NCBI RefSeq assembly: GCF_044704955.1
Contig: NC_091995.1
Location: 13,702,001-13,766,000, forward strand
Direction of reading: 5' to 3'
DNA length: 64,000 nucleotides
Origin: Pristiophorus japonicus
Lineage: Eukaryota
Below are positions 49,201-62,500 of the stretch, one piece after another. The position numbers and the translations under genes were made by a program. Within the stretch, counting starts at the first letter, position 1. Every line of letters starts with the position of its first letter. The notes beneath the pieces were generated by a model. That model saw only the letters and a program-made list of their open reading frames with translations, made no database searches and had not been told where the DNA came from.

Positions 49201-51793
49201 TATTTATTAAGAGGGAGAGTGACACAGTTAATTCAGAGACTAGGGTCCTGAACTTAAAGAAAGGTAAATTTGATGGTATGAGACGTGAATGGGCTAGAAA
49301 AGACTGGCGAATGAAACTTAAAGGGTTGATGGTGGATAGACAATGGCAAACATTTAAAGATCACATGGATGAACTTCAACAATTGTACATCCCTGTCTGA
49401 AGTAAAAATAAAACGGGGAAGTTGGCTCAACCGTGGCTAACAGGGGAAATTAAGGATCGTGTTAAATCCAAGGAAGGGGCATATAAATTGGCCAGAAATA
49501 GCAGCAAACCTGAGGACTGGGAGAAATTTAGAATTCAGCAGAGGAGGACAAAGGGTTTAATTAGGATGGGGAAAATAGAGTGTGAGAGGAAGCTTGCTGG
49601 GAACATAAAAACTGACTGCAAAAGCTTCTATAGATATGTGAAGAGAAAAAGATTAGTGAAAACAAACGTAGGTTCCTTGCAGTCAGAATCAGATGAATTT
49701 ATAATGGTGAACAAAGAAATGACAGACCAATTGAACAAATACTTTGGTTCTGTCTTCACGAAAGAAGATGCAAATAACGTTCCAGAAATACTCGGGGACC
49801 GAGGGTCTAGCGAGAAGGAGGAACTGAAGGAAATCCTTATTAGTCAGGAAATTGTGTTGGGGAAATTGATGGGATTGAAGGCCGATAAATCCCCGGGGCC
49901 TGATAGTCTGCATCCCAGAGTACTTAAGGAAGTGGCCCTAGAAATAGTGGATGCATTGGTGATCATTTTCCAACAATCTATCGACTCTGCATCAGTTCCT
50001 ATGGACTGGAGGGGAGCTAATGTAACCCCACTTTTTAAAAAAGGAGGGAGAGAGAAAATGGGTAATTATCGACTGGTTAGCCTGACATCAGTAGTGGGGA
50101 AAATGTTGGAATCAATTATTAAGGATGAAATAGCAACGCATTTGGAAAGCAGTGACAGGATCGGTCCGAGTGAGCATGGATTTATGAAAGGGAAAACATG
50201 CTTGACAAATCTTCCAGAATTTTTTGAGGATGTAACTAGTAGAGTAGACAAGGAAGAACCAGTGGATGTGGTGTATTTGGACTTTCAAAAGACTTTTGAC
50301 AAGGTCCCATACAAGAGATTGATGTGCAAAATTAAAGCACATGGTATTAGAGGTAATATATTGACGTGGATAGAGAACTGGATGGCAGACAGGAAGCAGA
50401 GAGTCGGGATTAACGGGTCCTTTTCAGAATGGCAGGCAGTGACTAGTGAGGTGCCGCGGGGCTCAGTGCAGGGACCCCAGCTATTTACAATATACATCAA
50501 TGATTTGGAGGAAGAAATTGAGAGTAATATCTCCAAGTTTGCAGATGTCACTAAGCTGGGCGGCGGTTTGAGCTGTTAGGAGGATGCTAAGAGGCTGCAG
50601 GGTGACTTGGACAGTTTAGGTGAGTGGGCAAATGCATGGCAGATGCAGTATAATGTGGATAAATGTGAGGTTATCTACTTTGGTGGCAAAAACATGAAGG
50701 CAGAATATTATCTGAATGGCGGCAAATTAGGAAAAGAGGAGGTGCAACGAGACCTGGGTGTCATGGTATATCATTGTCATTGAAGGTTGGCCTGCAGGTA
50801 CAGCAGGCGGTGAAGAAGGCAAATGACATGTTGGCCTTCATAGCGAGGGGATTTGAGTATAGGAACAGGGAGGTCTCTGCAGCTGTACAGGGCTTTGGTG
50901 AGGCCTCACCTGGAATATTGTGTTCAATTTTGGTCTCCCAATCTGAGCAAGGACGTTCTTTCTATTGAGCTAGTGCAGCGAAAGTTCACCAGACTGGTTC
51001 CTGGGATGGGAAGACTGACATATGAGGAGAAACTAGATCGACTGAACCTATAGTCACTGGAGTTTAGAAGAATGAGAGGGAATCTCATAGAAGCATATAA
51101 GATTCTGACGGGACTGGACTGGTTAGATGCAGGAAAAATGTTCCCGATGTTGGAGGAAGTCAAGAACCAGGGGTCACAGTCTAAGGATAAGGGGTAAGCC
51201 ATTTAGGACCGAGATGAGAAGAAACTTCTTCACTCAGAGAGTTGTTAACCTGTGGAATTCTCTTCCGCAGAGAGTTGTTGATGCCAGTTTGTTCGATATA
51301 TTCAAGAGGGAGTTAGATATGGCCCTTACGGATCAAGGGGTATGGAGAGAAAGCAGGAAAAAGGTACTGAGGTGAATGATCAGCCATGATCTTATTGAAT
51401 GGTGGTGCAGGCTCGAAGGGCCAAATGGCCTACTCCTGCACCTATTTTCTATGTATCTAACAAGCTTCTGATAAAGTTTCTCTGATAAAGTGCAACATGC
51501 CCACTGACACCTGGGAGACCCTGACCAAACACCGCCCTAAGTGGAGGAAGTTCATCCGAGAAGGCGCTGAGCACCTCGGGTCTCATCGCCAAGAGCATGC
51601 AGAAATCATGCGCAGGCAGCGGAAGGAACGTGCGGCGAACGAGTCCCACCCACTCTTTTCCTCAACGACTATCTGTCCCACCTGTGACAGATACTGTGGT
51701 TCTCGTATTAGACTGTACAGCTACCTAAGAACTCATGTTAATAGTGGAAGCAAGTCTTCCTTGATTCCATAGGGACTGCCTATGATGATGATG
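46247..51793 (+). mobile_element. RTE LINE 3' portion (46247-~47018 and ~51482-51793), itself split by a full-length CR1
   Basis: LQNADD, LLYGSETWT and RLPKQALYSEL on the left; DTWETL...CPTC and (TGA)n tail on the right. Confidence 0.85.
47020..51455 (+). mobile_element. Near full-length CR1 LINE (disabled) with 53-bp 5' monomers at 47020-47250
   Basis: CTATAAAA recurs every 53 nt (47041, 47094, 47147, 47200); ORF1 MAGEPRPVSCSSC; EN and RT motifs with many stops; 3' tail. Confidence 0.9.
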
Positions 51794-54634
51794 AAATGAT
51801 TTGGATGAGGGAACCAAATGTAATATTTCCAAGTTTGCTGATGACACAAAACTAGGTGGGATTGTGAGTTGTGAGGAGGATGCAAACACGCTGCAAGGAG
51901 ATTTAGATAGGTTGAGTGAGTGGGCAAACACATGGCAGATGCAGTATAACGTGGATAAATGTGAAGTTATCCATTTTGGCAGGAAAAACATAAGGACAAA
52001 GTATTATTTAAATGGCGGTGGCTTGGAAAGTGTCTATGTACAGAAGGACGTGGGTGTCCTGGTACACCAGTCACAACATGCAGGTGCAGCAAGCAGTTAG
52101 GAAGGCAAATGGTATGTTGGCTTTCATTGCAAGAGGATTTGAGTACAGGAGCAAGGATGTCTTACTACAGTTATATAGGGCATTGGTGAGACCGCACCTG
52201 CAGTATTGTGTGCCGTTTTGGTCTCCTTACCCAAGAAAGGATATACTTGCCATAGAGGGAGTGCGCCGAAGGTTCACCAGAGTGATTCCTGGGATGGTAG
52301 GACTGTCGTATGAGGAGAGATTGGGTCGACTAGGCCTGTATTCACTCGAGTTTAGAAGAATGAGAGGGACTCTCACTGAAACGAATAAAATTCTGACTGG
52401 GATGGATAGACTGCATGCAAGGAGGATGTTTCCCCTGGCTGGGATGTCTAGAACACGGGGTCACAATCTCAGGATACGGGTAGGAAATTTATGACCAAGA
52501 TGAGAAGACATTTCTTTCACTCAGAGGGTGGTGAACCTGTGGAATTCGCTACCATAGAAGGCTCTGGAGGCCAAGTCATGAAATATATTTAGAAACATAG
52601 AAACATAGAAAATAGGTGCAGGAGTAGGCCATTCGGGCCTTCGAGCCTGCAGCACCATTCAATATGATCATGGCTGATCATTCACCTCAGTACCCCTTTC
52701 CCGCTTTCTCTCCACACCCCTTGATCCCTTTAGCCGTAAGGGCCATATCTAACTCCCTCTTGAATATATCCAATGAACTGGCATCAACGACTCTCTGAGG
52801 CAGGGAATTCGACAGGTTAACAACTCTCTTAGTGAAGAAATTTCTCCTCATCTCAGTCCTAAATGGCCTTCCCCTTATCCTAAGACTGTATCCCCTGGTT
52901 CTGGGCTTCTCCAACATCGGAAACATTCTTCCCGCATCTAATCTCATCAGAATCTTATACGTTTCTATGAGATTCCCTCTCATCTATCTAAACTCCACTG
53001 TATAAAGGCCCAGTTGATCCAGTCTCTCCTTAAATGTCAGTCCAGCCATCCCTGGAATAAGTCTGGTGAACCTTCGCTGCACTCCCTCAATAGCAAGAAC
53101 GTCCTTGCTCAGATCAGGAGACTAAAACTGAACACAATATTCCTCAACAAGGCCCTGTACAATTGCAGTAAGATCTCCCTGCTCCTATAGTCAAATCCCC
53201 TCGCTATGAAGGCCAACATGCCATTTGCCTTCTTCACCGCCTGCTGTACCTGCATGCCAACTTTCAGTGACTGATGAACCATGATACCTAGGTCTTGTTG
53301 CGCCTCCCCTTTTCCTAATCAACCACCATTCTGCCTTCGTGTTTTTGCCACCAAAGTGGATAGCCTCACATTTATCCACATTATATTGCGTCTGCCAAGC
53401 ATTTGTCCACTCACCTAACCTGTCCAAATCACCCTGCAGCCTCTTAGCATCCTTCTAACAGCTCACACCGCCACCCAGTTTAGTGTCATCTGCAAACTTG
53501 GAGATATTACACTCAATTCCTTCATCCAAATCGTTAATGTATATTGTAAAGAGCTGGAGTCCCAGCACTGAGCCCTGCGGCACTCCACTAGTTGCTGCAT
53601 TCCGAAAAGGACCGGTTTATCCCGACTCTCTACTTCCTGTCTGCCAACCAATTCTCTATCCACGACAGTACATTACCTCCAATACCATGTGCTTTGATTT
53701 TAAGAGGGAGATAGATAGATTTCTGGAAACAAAAGACATCAAGTGTTATCGGGAATATGGTGTTGAGATAGAGGATCAGCCATGATCATATTGAATGGCG
53801 GTGCAGACTCGAAGGACCCCGAATGACCTACTACTGCTCCTATTTTCTCGGTTTCTGTGGGCATAGTCTCAAGATAAGGGGTCGGCCATTTAAGATTGAG
53901 ATAAGGAGGACTTTCTTCACTCAGAGGGGTGTGAATATTTTGAATTCTCTAACCCGAAAGGCTTGGGTGCTCAGTCTTTGAGTATATTCAATGCTGAGAT
54001 CAATAGATTTTTGGACTCTGGGAGAATATCGGGATGTAGTGATTGGGCGGGCAAGTGGAGTTGAGGTCCAAGATTAGCCAGAATCGTTTTAAATGGCGTA
54101 GCAGGTTGGAATGACCTAATGATCGACTCCTGCTCCTAATTATTACGTCAGCAGAGAAAAACCTTTTTGAGTTGAAAGTTCAATATTAGAATCATGGAAA
54201 CTTATGGCAAAGAAGGTGGCCATGCAGCCCATTCGACAAGACTATCCCATCACATGTGTAACATTGCAAAAATGTATGCACAATAATGTTTGCAAATCCT
54301 AGGAAATGTGATGGGGTGCATGCATCGGATTTTACCGACAACTCTGGTGCCCTGGTGAAGTGGTTGCAGCCGCCGATATTTTAAAATGCAGCACGCATGA
54401 GACAAACAGCGCGTGGGAACCTGGGTGCAGAATTAATACTCTCCCGGGATTGAAGGTTAACAGCCCAGAAATGCTGGGCGCCTGAGATCGGGGCAGATAT
54501 TCCAAATACAATAATAAAACACTGTAAACACTTCGGAAAAACAATTAGTCTTCAATTTTAGTTTTGTATTTTGCATTTGGTTTGGTGTTTTATCTACATT
54601 CTGCATTCCTTCCAACTATTGCCCGTCAAGTATA

Positions 54635-55159
54635 CAGGTTGAACTTCCGTTATCCGGCACCCTCGGGACCTGCACTGTGCCGAATAAAGGATTTTGCCGG
54701 ATGAGGGAAGGTCATTGATCCGAGGGATGGGGCGGGGGGGGGTCGGGGGAAGGCCCCCCAAGGTCAGGGAGTGGAGAGGAGGTCGGCGGCCTGAATGGGC
54801 CCGAAGAGTCGGTGGGCTGGCAGGCCCGAAAGAGTCGCAGGGCCAGTGAGCCCCAATGTGTCAGCTGGCCCAGAAGCATTGGCGCGGACCGAACAGGCCC
54901 GAGGATGCGACCCGCCTGCCTGACCCCACAGAGGCAGTGCTGAACGGAGGAGCATCTGGCCTCAGGACTGTGGCTGCAGGAGTTCCAGCAGGGCGATGGG
55001 AAGGCAGCTGATAACCCCGGCATTGAAGAGAAAGATTATATCAGTGAGTAGGATTTTGACCAGCCACGTTCTGCGCATGTACCATCCAACGACCGGGAAT
55101 GGTGCCGGACGAGGGGTGGTGCCGGACAAGAGAATCCTGGATAAGAGAGTTTCAACCTG
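54635..55159. mobile_element. Tc1/mariner (pogo/Tigger-like) MITE, copy 1
   Basis: TA|CAGGTTGAACTTCCGTTATCCGG...CTGGATAAGAGAGTTTCAACCTG|TA: terminal inverted repeats with TA TSD. Confidence 0.8.
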
Positions 55160-57361
55160 TAATGAGTTTGTAGGCATCCTCGGAATTTAGTTGCTGTTGT
55201 ATCTATATCCTGCATTCATCCCAATTAGTTTGGTATTTTATCTATATTCTACATTCTTTTCAATTACTTACATAGAAAATAGGTGCAGGAGTAGGCTCTT
55301 CGACCCTTTACCCCCATTCAATAAGATTATGGCTGATCATTCACCTCATTAGTCCTTTCCTGCTTTCTCTCCATACCTCTTGTTCCCTTGAGCCGTAAGG
55401 GCCATATCTAACTCCCTCTTGAATATATCCAATGAACTGGCATCAACAACTCTGCAGAAGGGAATTCCTCAGGTTAACAACTCTCTGAGTGAAGAAATTA
55501 CTCCTCATCTCAGTCCTAAATGGCCTTCCCCTTATCCTAAGACTGTGTCCCCTGGTTCTGGGCTTCTACAACATCGGAAACATTCTTCCCGCATCTAACC
55601 TGTCCAATCCCGTCAGAATCTTATACGTTTCTATGAGATTCCCTTTCATCCTTCTAAACTCCAGTGTATAAATGCCCAGTTGATCCAGTCTCTCATTAAA
55701 TGTCAGTCCAGCCATCTCTGGAATCAGTCTGGTGAACCTTCGATGAACTCCCTCAATAGCAAGAACGTCCATGCTCAGATTAGGAGACCAAAACTGAACA
55801 CAATATTCCAGGTAAGGCCTCACCAAGGCCCTGTACAATTGCAATAAGACCTCCTGCTCCTATACTCAAATCCCCTAGCTATGAAGGCCAACATGCCATT
55901 TGCCTTCTTCACCGCCTGCTGTACCTGCATGCCAACTTTCAGTGACTGATGAACCATGACACTCAGGTCACGTTGCACCTCCCCTTTTCCTAATCTGCCA
56001 GCATTAGGATAATATTCTGCCTTCGTGTTTTTGCCACCAAAGTGGATAACCTCACATTTATCCACATTATACTCCATCTGCCATGGATTTGTCCACTCAC
56101 CTAACCTGTCCAAATCACCCTGCAGCCTCGAAGCATCCTTCTAACTGCTCACACTGCCACGCAGTTTAGTGTCATCTGCAAAATCGTTATGGATTTGAAA
56201 GTTCAACATTAGAATCATGGAAACTTATGGCAAAGAAGGTGGCCATTCAGCCCATTCGACCAGACTATCCCATCACATGTGTAACGTTGTAAAGAGCTGG
56301 GGTCCCAGCACTGAGCACTGCGGCACTCCACTAGTCACTGCATTCCAAAAAGGACCTGTTTATTCCGACTCTCTGCTTCCTGTCTGCCAACCAATTCTGT
56401 ATCCATGCCAGTACATTATCCCCAATACCATGTGCTTTGATTTTAATAGATAGATTTCTAGAAACAAAAGACATCAAGGGGTATGGGGAATATGGTGTTG
56501 AGATAGAGGATCAGCCATGATGATATTGAATGGCGGTGCAGACTCGAAGTGCCAAATGGCCTACTACTGCTCCTATTTTCTAGGTTTCTGTGGGCATAGT
56601 CTCAAGATAGGGGTCGGCCATTTAACATTGAAATAAGGAGGACTTTCTTCACTCAGGGGGATGTGAATATTTTGAATTCTCTAACCCGAAAGGCTTGGGT
56701 GCTCAGTCTTTGAGTATATTCAATGCTGAGATCAATAGATTTTTGGAGTCTGGGAGAATATCGGGATGTAGTGATTGGGCAGGCAAGTGGAGTTGAGGTC
56801 CAAGATTAGCCAGAATCTTTTTAAATGGCGGAGCTGGTTGGAATGACCTAATGATCGACTCCTGCTCCTAATTCTTACGTCAGCAGAGGAAAACCTTTTT
56901 GAGTTGAAAGTTCAACATTAGAATCATGGAAACTGATGGCATTCGACCATTCAGCCCATTCGACCAGACTATCCCATCACATGTGTAACGTTGCAAAAAT
57001 GTATGCACAATAATGTTTGCAAATCCTAGGAAATGTGATGGGGTGCATGCATCGGATTTTAACGACAACTCTGATGCCCCGGTGTTGTGGTTGCAGCCGC
57101 CGGTATTTTAAATTGCAGCATGCATGAGACAAACAGCGCGTAGGAACCTGGGTGTATAATTAATACTCTCCCGGGATTGAAGGTTAACAGCCCAGAAATG
57201 CTAGGCACCTGAGATCGGGGCAGATATTCCAAATACAATAATAAAACACTATAAACATTTCGGAAAAATAATTAGTCTTCAGTTTTATTTTAGTATTTTG
57301 CATTTGGTTTGGTGTTTTATCTACATTCTGCATCCCTTCCAACTGTATCCCGTCTATTATA

Positions 57362-57898
57362 CAGGTTGAACTTCCGTTATACGGCACCCTCGGGACCTGC
57401 ACTGTGCCAATAAAGGATTTTGCCGGATGAGGGGAGGTCATTGGTCTGAGGGATGGGGGGCGGGTGGGGGTGGAGGTTGCCTGGGGTGGGTGGGGGGGGC
57501 GGGGGAAGGCCCCACAAGGTCAGGGAATGGAGAGGAGGTCGGCGGCCTGAATGGGCCCGAAGAGTCGGTGGGCTGGCAGGCCCTAAAGAGTCGCAGGGCC
57601 AGTGAGCCCCAAAGTGTCAGCTGGCCCAGAAGCGTTGGCACGGACCTAACAGGCCCGAGGATACGACCCGCCTTCCTGACTCCCCAGAGGGAGTGCTGAG
57701 CAGGAGAGCGTCTGGCCTGAGGACTGTGGCTGCAGGAGTTCCAGCAGGGCGACGGGAAGGCAGCTGATAACCCCGGCATTGAAGAGAAAGATTATATCAG
57801 TGAGTAGGATTTTGATCAGCCGTGTTCTGCGCATGTACCACCCAGAGACCGGGAATGGTGCCGGACAAGAGAGTCCTGGATAAGAGAGGTTCAACCTG
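57362..57898. mobile_element. Tc1/mariner-type MITE, copy 2
   Basis: Same TIRs and TA flanks as copy 1. Confidence 0.8.
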
Positions 57899-59882
57899 TA
57901 ATAAGTTTGTAGACATCCTCTGAATTTAGTTGCTGTTATATCGGTAGCCTCCATTCATCCCAATTAGTTTGGTATTTTATCTATATCCTACATTCTTTTC
58001 AATTAATTACATAGAAAATAGGTGCAGGAGTAGGCTCTTCGGCCCTTCAACCCCATTCAATATGATCATGGCTGATCATTCACCTCAGTATCCCTTTCCT
58101 GCTTTCTCTCCACACCTCTTGTTCCCTTGAGCCGTAAGGGCCATATCTAGCTCCCTCTAGAATATATCCAATGAACTGGCATCGAACTCTGCAGTCGGGA
58201 ATTCCTCAGGTTAACAACTCTCTGAGTGAAGAAATTTCTCCTTATCTCAGTCCTAAATGGCCTACCCCTTATCCTAAGACTGTGTCCCCTGGTTCTGGGT
58301 TTCTCCAACATCGGAAACATTCTTGCCGCATCTATCCTGTCCAATCTCATCAGAATCTTATACGTTTCTCTGAGATTCCATCTTATCCTTCTAAACTCCA
58401 GTGTATAAAGGCCCAGTTGATCCAGTCTCTCCTTAAATGTCAGTCCAGCCATCCCTGGAATCAGTCTGGTGAACCTTCGCTGCACTCCCTCAATAGCAAG
58501 AACGTCCTTGCGCAGATTAGGAGACCAAAACTGAACACAATATTCCAGGTGAGGCCTCACCAAGGCCCTGTACAAGACCTCCCTGCTCCTCTAGTCAAAT
58601 CCCCTCGCTATGAAGGCCAACATGCCATTTGCCTTCTTCACCGCCTGCTGTACCTGCATGCCAACTTTCAGTGACTGATGAAACATAATACCCAGGTCTT
58701 GTTGCATCTCCCCTTTTCCTAATCTGCCACCATTAGGATAATATTCTGCCTTTGTGTTTTTGCCACCAAAGTGGATAACCTCACATATTATACTGCATCT
58801 GCCATGCATTTGCCCACTCACCTAACCTGTCCAAATCACCCTGCAGCCTCTTCGCATCCTCCTAACAGCTAACACTGCCACCCAGTTTACTGTCATCTGC
58901 AAACTTGGAGATATTACACACAATTCCTTCATCCAAATCATTGATGTATATTGTAAAGAGCTGGAGTCCCAGCACTGAGCCCTGAGGCACTCCTCTAGTC
59001 ACTGAATTCCAAAAAGGACCCGTTTATCCCGACTCTCTGCTTCCTGTCTGCCAACCAATTCTCTATCCACGCCAGTACCTTACCCCCAATACCATGTGTT
59101 TTGATTTTAAGAGGGAGATAGATAGATTTCGATAAACAAAAGACATCAAGGGTTATGGGGAATATGGTGTTGAGATAGAGGATCAGCCATGATCATATTG
59201 AATGGTGGTGCAGACTCGAAGGGCCAAATGGCCTACTACTGCTCCTATTTTCTATGTTTCTGTGGGCTTAGTCTCAAAATAAGGGGTCGGCCATTTAAGA
59301 TTGAGATAAGGAGGACTTTCTTCACTCAGAGGGGTGTGAATATTTTGAATTCTCTAACCCGAAAGGCTTGGGTGCTCAGTCTTTGAGTATATTCAATGCT
59401 GAGATCAATAGATTTTTGGACTCTGGGAGAATATCGGGATGTAGTGATTGGGCGGGCAAGTGGAGTTGAGGTCCAAGATTAGCCAGAATCTTTTTAAATG
59501 GCGTAGCAGCTTGGAATGACCTAATGATCGACTACTGCTCCTAATTCTTACGTCAGCAGAGAAAAACCTTTTTGAGTTGAAAGTTCAACATTAGAATCAT
59601 GGAAACCTAAGTGGCTATTCAGCCCATTTGACCAGACTATCCCATCACATGTGTAACGTTGCAAAATGTATGCACAATAATGTTTGCAAATCCGAGGAAA
59701 TGTGATGTGGTGCATGCATCGGATTTTACCGACAACACTGGTGCCCCGGTGAAGTGGTTGCAGCCGCCGATATTTTAAAATGCAGCATGCATGAGACAAA
59801 CAGCGCGTGGGAGCCTGGGTGCAGAACTAATACTCTCCCGGGATTGAAGGTTAACAGCCCAGAAATGCTGGGCGCCTAAGAT

Positions 59883-61828
59883 AGAAACATAGAAACATAG
59901 AAAATAGGTGCACGAGTAGGCCATTCAGCACTTCTAGCCTGCACCGCCATTCAATGAGTTCATGGCTGAACATGCAACTTCAGTACCCCCTTCCTGCTTT
60001 CTCGCCATACCCCTTGATCCTCCTAGTAGTAAGGACTTCATCTAACTCCCTTTTGAATATATTTAGTGAATTGGCCTCAACTACTTTCTGTGGTAGAGAA
60101 TTCCACAGGTTCACCACTCTCTGGGTGTACAAGTTTCTCCTCATCTCGGTCCTAAATGGCTTACCCCTTATCCTGAGACTGTGACCCCTGGTTCTGGACT
60201 TCCCCAACATTGGGAACATTCTTCCTGCATCCAACCTGTCCAAACCCGTCAGAATTTTAAACGTTTCTATGAGGTCCCCTCTCATTCTTCTGAACTCCAG
60301 TGAATACAAGCCCAGTTGATCCAGTCTTTCTTGACAGGTCAGTCCCACCATCCCGGGAATCAGTCTGGTGAATCTTTGCTGCACTCCCTCAATAGCAAGA
60401 ATGTCCTTCCTCAAGTTAGAAGACCAAAATTGTACACAATACTCCAGGTGTGGCCTCACCAAGGCCCTGTACAACTGTAGCAACACCTCCCTGCCCCTGT
60501 ACTCAAATCCCCTCGCTATAGAGGCCAACATGCCATTTGCTTTCTTAACCGCCTGCTGTACCTGCATGCCAACCTTCAATGACTGATGTACCATGACACC
60601 CAGGTCTCGTTGCACCTCCCCTTTTCCTAATCTGTCACCATTCAGATAATAGTCTGTCTCTCTGTTTTTACCACCAAAGTGGATAACCTCACATTTATCC
60701 ACATTATACTTCATCTGCCATGCATTTGCCCACTCACCTAACCTATCCAAGTCACTCTGCAGCCTCATAGCATCCTCCTCGCAGCTCACACTGCCACCCA
60801 ACTTAGTGTCATCCGCAAATTTGGAGATACTATATTTAATCCCCTCGTCTAAATCATTAATGTACAATGTAAACAGCTGGGGCCCCAGCACAGAACCTTG
60901 CGGTACCCCACTAGTCACTTTCTGCCATTCTGAAAAGTACCCATTTACTCCTACTCTTTGCTTCCTGTCTGACAACCAGTTCTCAATCCACGTCAGCACA
61001 CTACCCCCAATCCCATGTGCTTTAACTTTGCACATTAATCTCTTGTGTGGGACCTTGTCGAAAGCCTTCTGAAAGTCCAAATATACCACATCAACTGGTT
61101 CTCCCTTGTCAAAAATTTCCAGAAGATTTGTCAAGCACGATTTCTCTTTCACAAATCCATGCTGACTTGGACCTATCATGTCACCTCTTTCCAAATGCGC
61201 TGCTATGACATCCTTAATAATTGATTCCATCATTTTACCCACTACTGACTGGTCTATAATTCCCTGTTTTCTCCCTCCCTCCTTTTTTAAAAAGTGGAGT
61301 TACATTGGCTATCCTCCACTCGATAGGAACTGATCCAGAGTCAATGGAATGTTGGAAAATGACTGTCAATGCATCCGCTATTTCCAAGGCCACCTCCTTA
61401 AGTACTCTGGGATGCAGTCCATCAGGCCCTGGGGATTTATCAGCCTTCAATTCCATCAATTTCCCCAACACAATTTCCCGACTAATAAAGATTTCCCTCA
61501 GTTCCTCCTCCTTACTCGACCCTCTGACCCCTTTTATATCCGGAAGGTTGTTTGTGCCCTCCTTAGTGAATACCGAACCAAAGTACTTGTTCAATTGGTC
61601 TGTTCAATTCCCTGTTATGACTTCCACTGATTCTGACTGCAGGGGACCTCCGTTTGTCTTTACTAACCTTTTTCTCTTTACATATCTATAGAAACTTTTG
61701 CAATCCGCCTTAATGTTCCCTGCAAGCTTCTTCTCGAACTCCATTTCCCTTCCCTAATCAAACCCTTTGTCCTCCTCTGATGAGTTCTAAATTTCTACCA
61801 GTCCCCGGGTTCGCTGCTATTTCTGGCC
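59883..61828 (-). mobile_element. Young 5'-truncated CR1 inserted into unit 3 of the tandem repeat
   Basis: 420-aa RT ORF; interrupts GGGCGCCT(A/G)AGAT|CGGGGCAGAT, which is contiguous in units 1 and 2. Confidence 0.9.
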
Positions 61829-61976
61829 ATCGGGGCAGATATTCCAAATACAATAATAAAACACTGTAAACACTTAGGAAAAACAATAAGTCTTCAATTT
61901 TAGTTTCGTATTTTGCATTTGGTTTGGTGTTTTTTCTACAGTCTGCATTCCTTCCAACTGTTTCCCGTCTAGTATA

Positions 61977-62500
61977 CAGGTTGAACTTCCGTTATCCGGC
62001 ACCCTCGGGACCTGCACTGTGCCGAATAAAGGATTTTGCCGGATGAGGGGAGGTCATTGGTCCGAGGGATGAGGCGGGGGGGGGCGGGGGAAGGCCCCCC
62101 AAAATCAGTGAGTGGAGAGGAGGTCGGCGGCCTGAATGGGCCCGAAGAGTCGGTGGGCTGGCAGGCCCTAAAGAGTCGCAGGGCCAGTGAGCCCCAAAGT
62201 GTCAGCTGGCCCAGAAGCGTTGGCGCGGACCTAACAGGCCCGAGGATACGACCCGCCTTCCTGACCCCACAGAGGGAGTGTTGAGCAGGAGAGCGTCTGG
62301 CCTGAGGACTGTGGCTGCAGGAGTTCCAGCAGGGCAATGGGAAGGCAGCTGATAACCCCGGCATTGAAGAAAAAGATTATATCAGTGAGTAGGATTTTGA
62401 CCAGCCGCGTTCTGCGCATGTACCACCCAGAGACCGGGAATGGTGCCGGACGAGGGGTGGTGCCGGACAAGAGAATCCTGGAGAAGAGAGGTTCAACCTG
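61977..62500. mobile_element. Tc1/mariner-type MITE, copy 3
   Basis: Same TIRs and TA flanks as copy 1. Confidence 0.8.

Larger units (their letters stand above)
45200..52590 (+). mobile_element. CR1 (45200-46246 and 51794-52590) split by an RTE insertion
   Basis: ...YINDL|[14 protein letters not shown] continuity; 12-bp TSD AAATGATTTGGA at 46235-46246 and 51794-51805. Confidence 0.85.
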
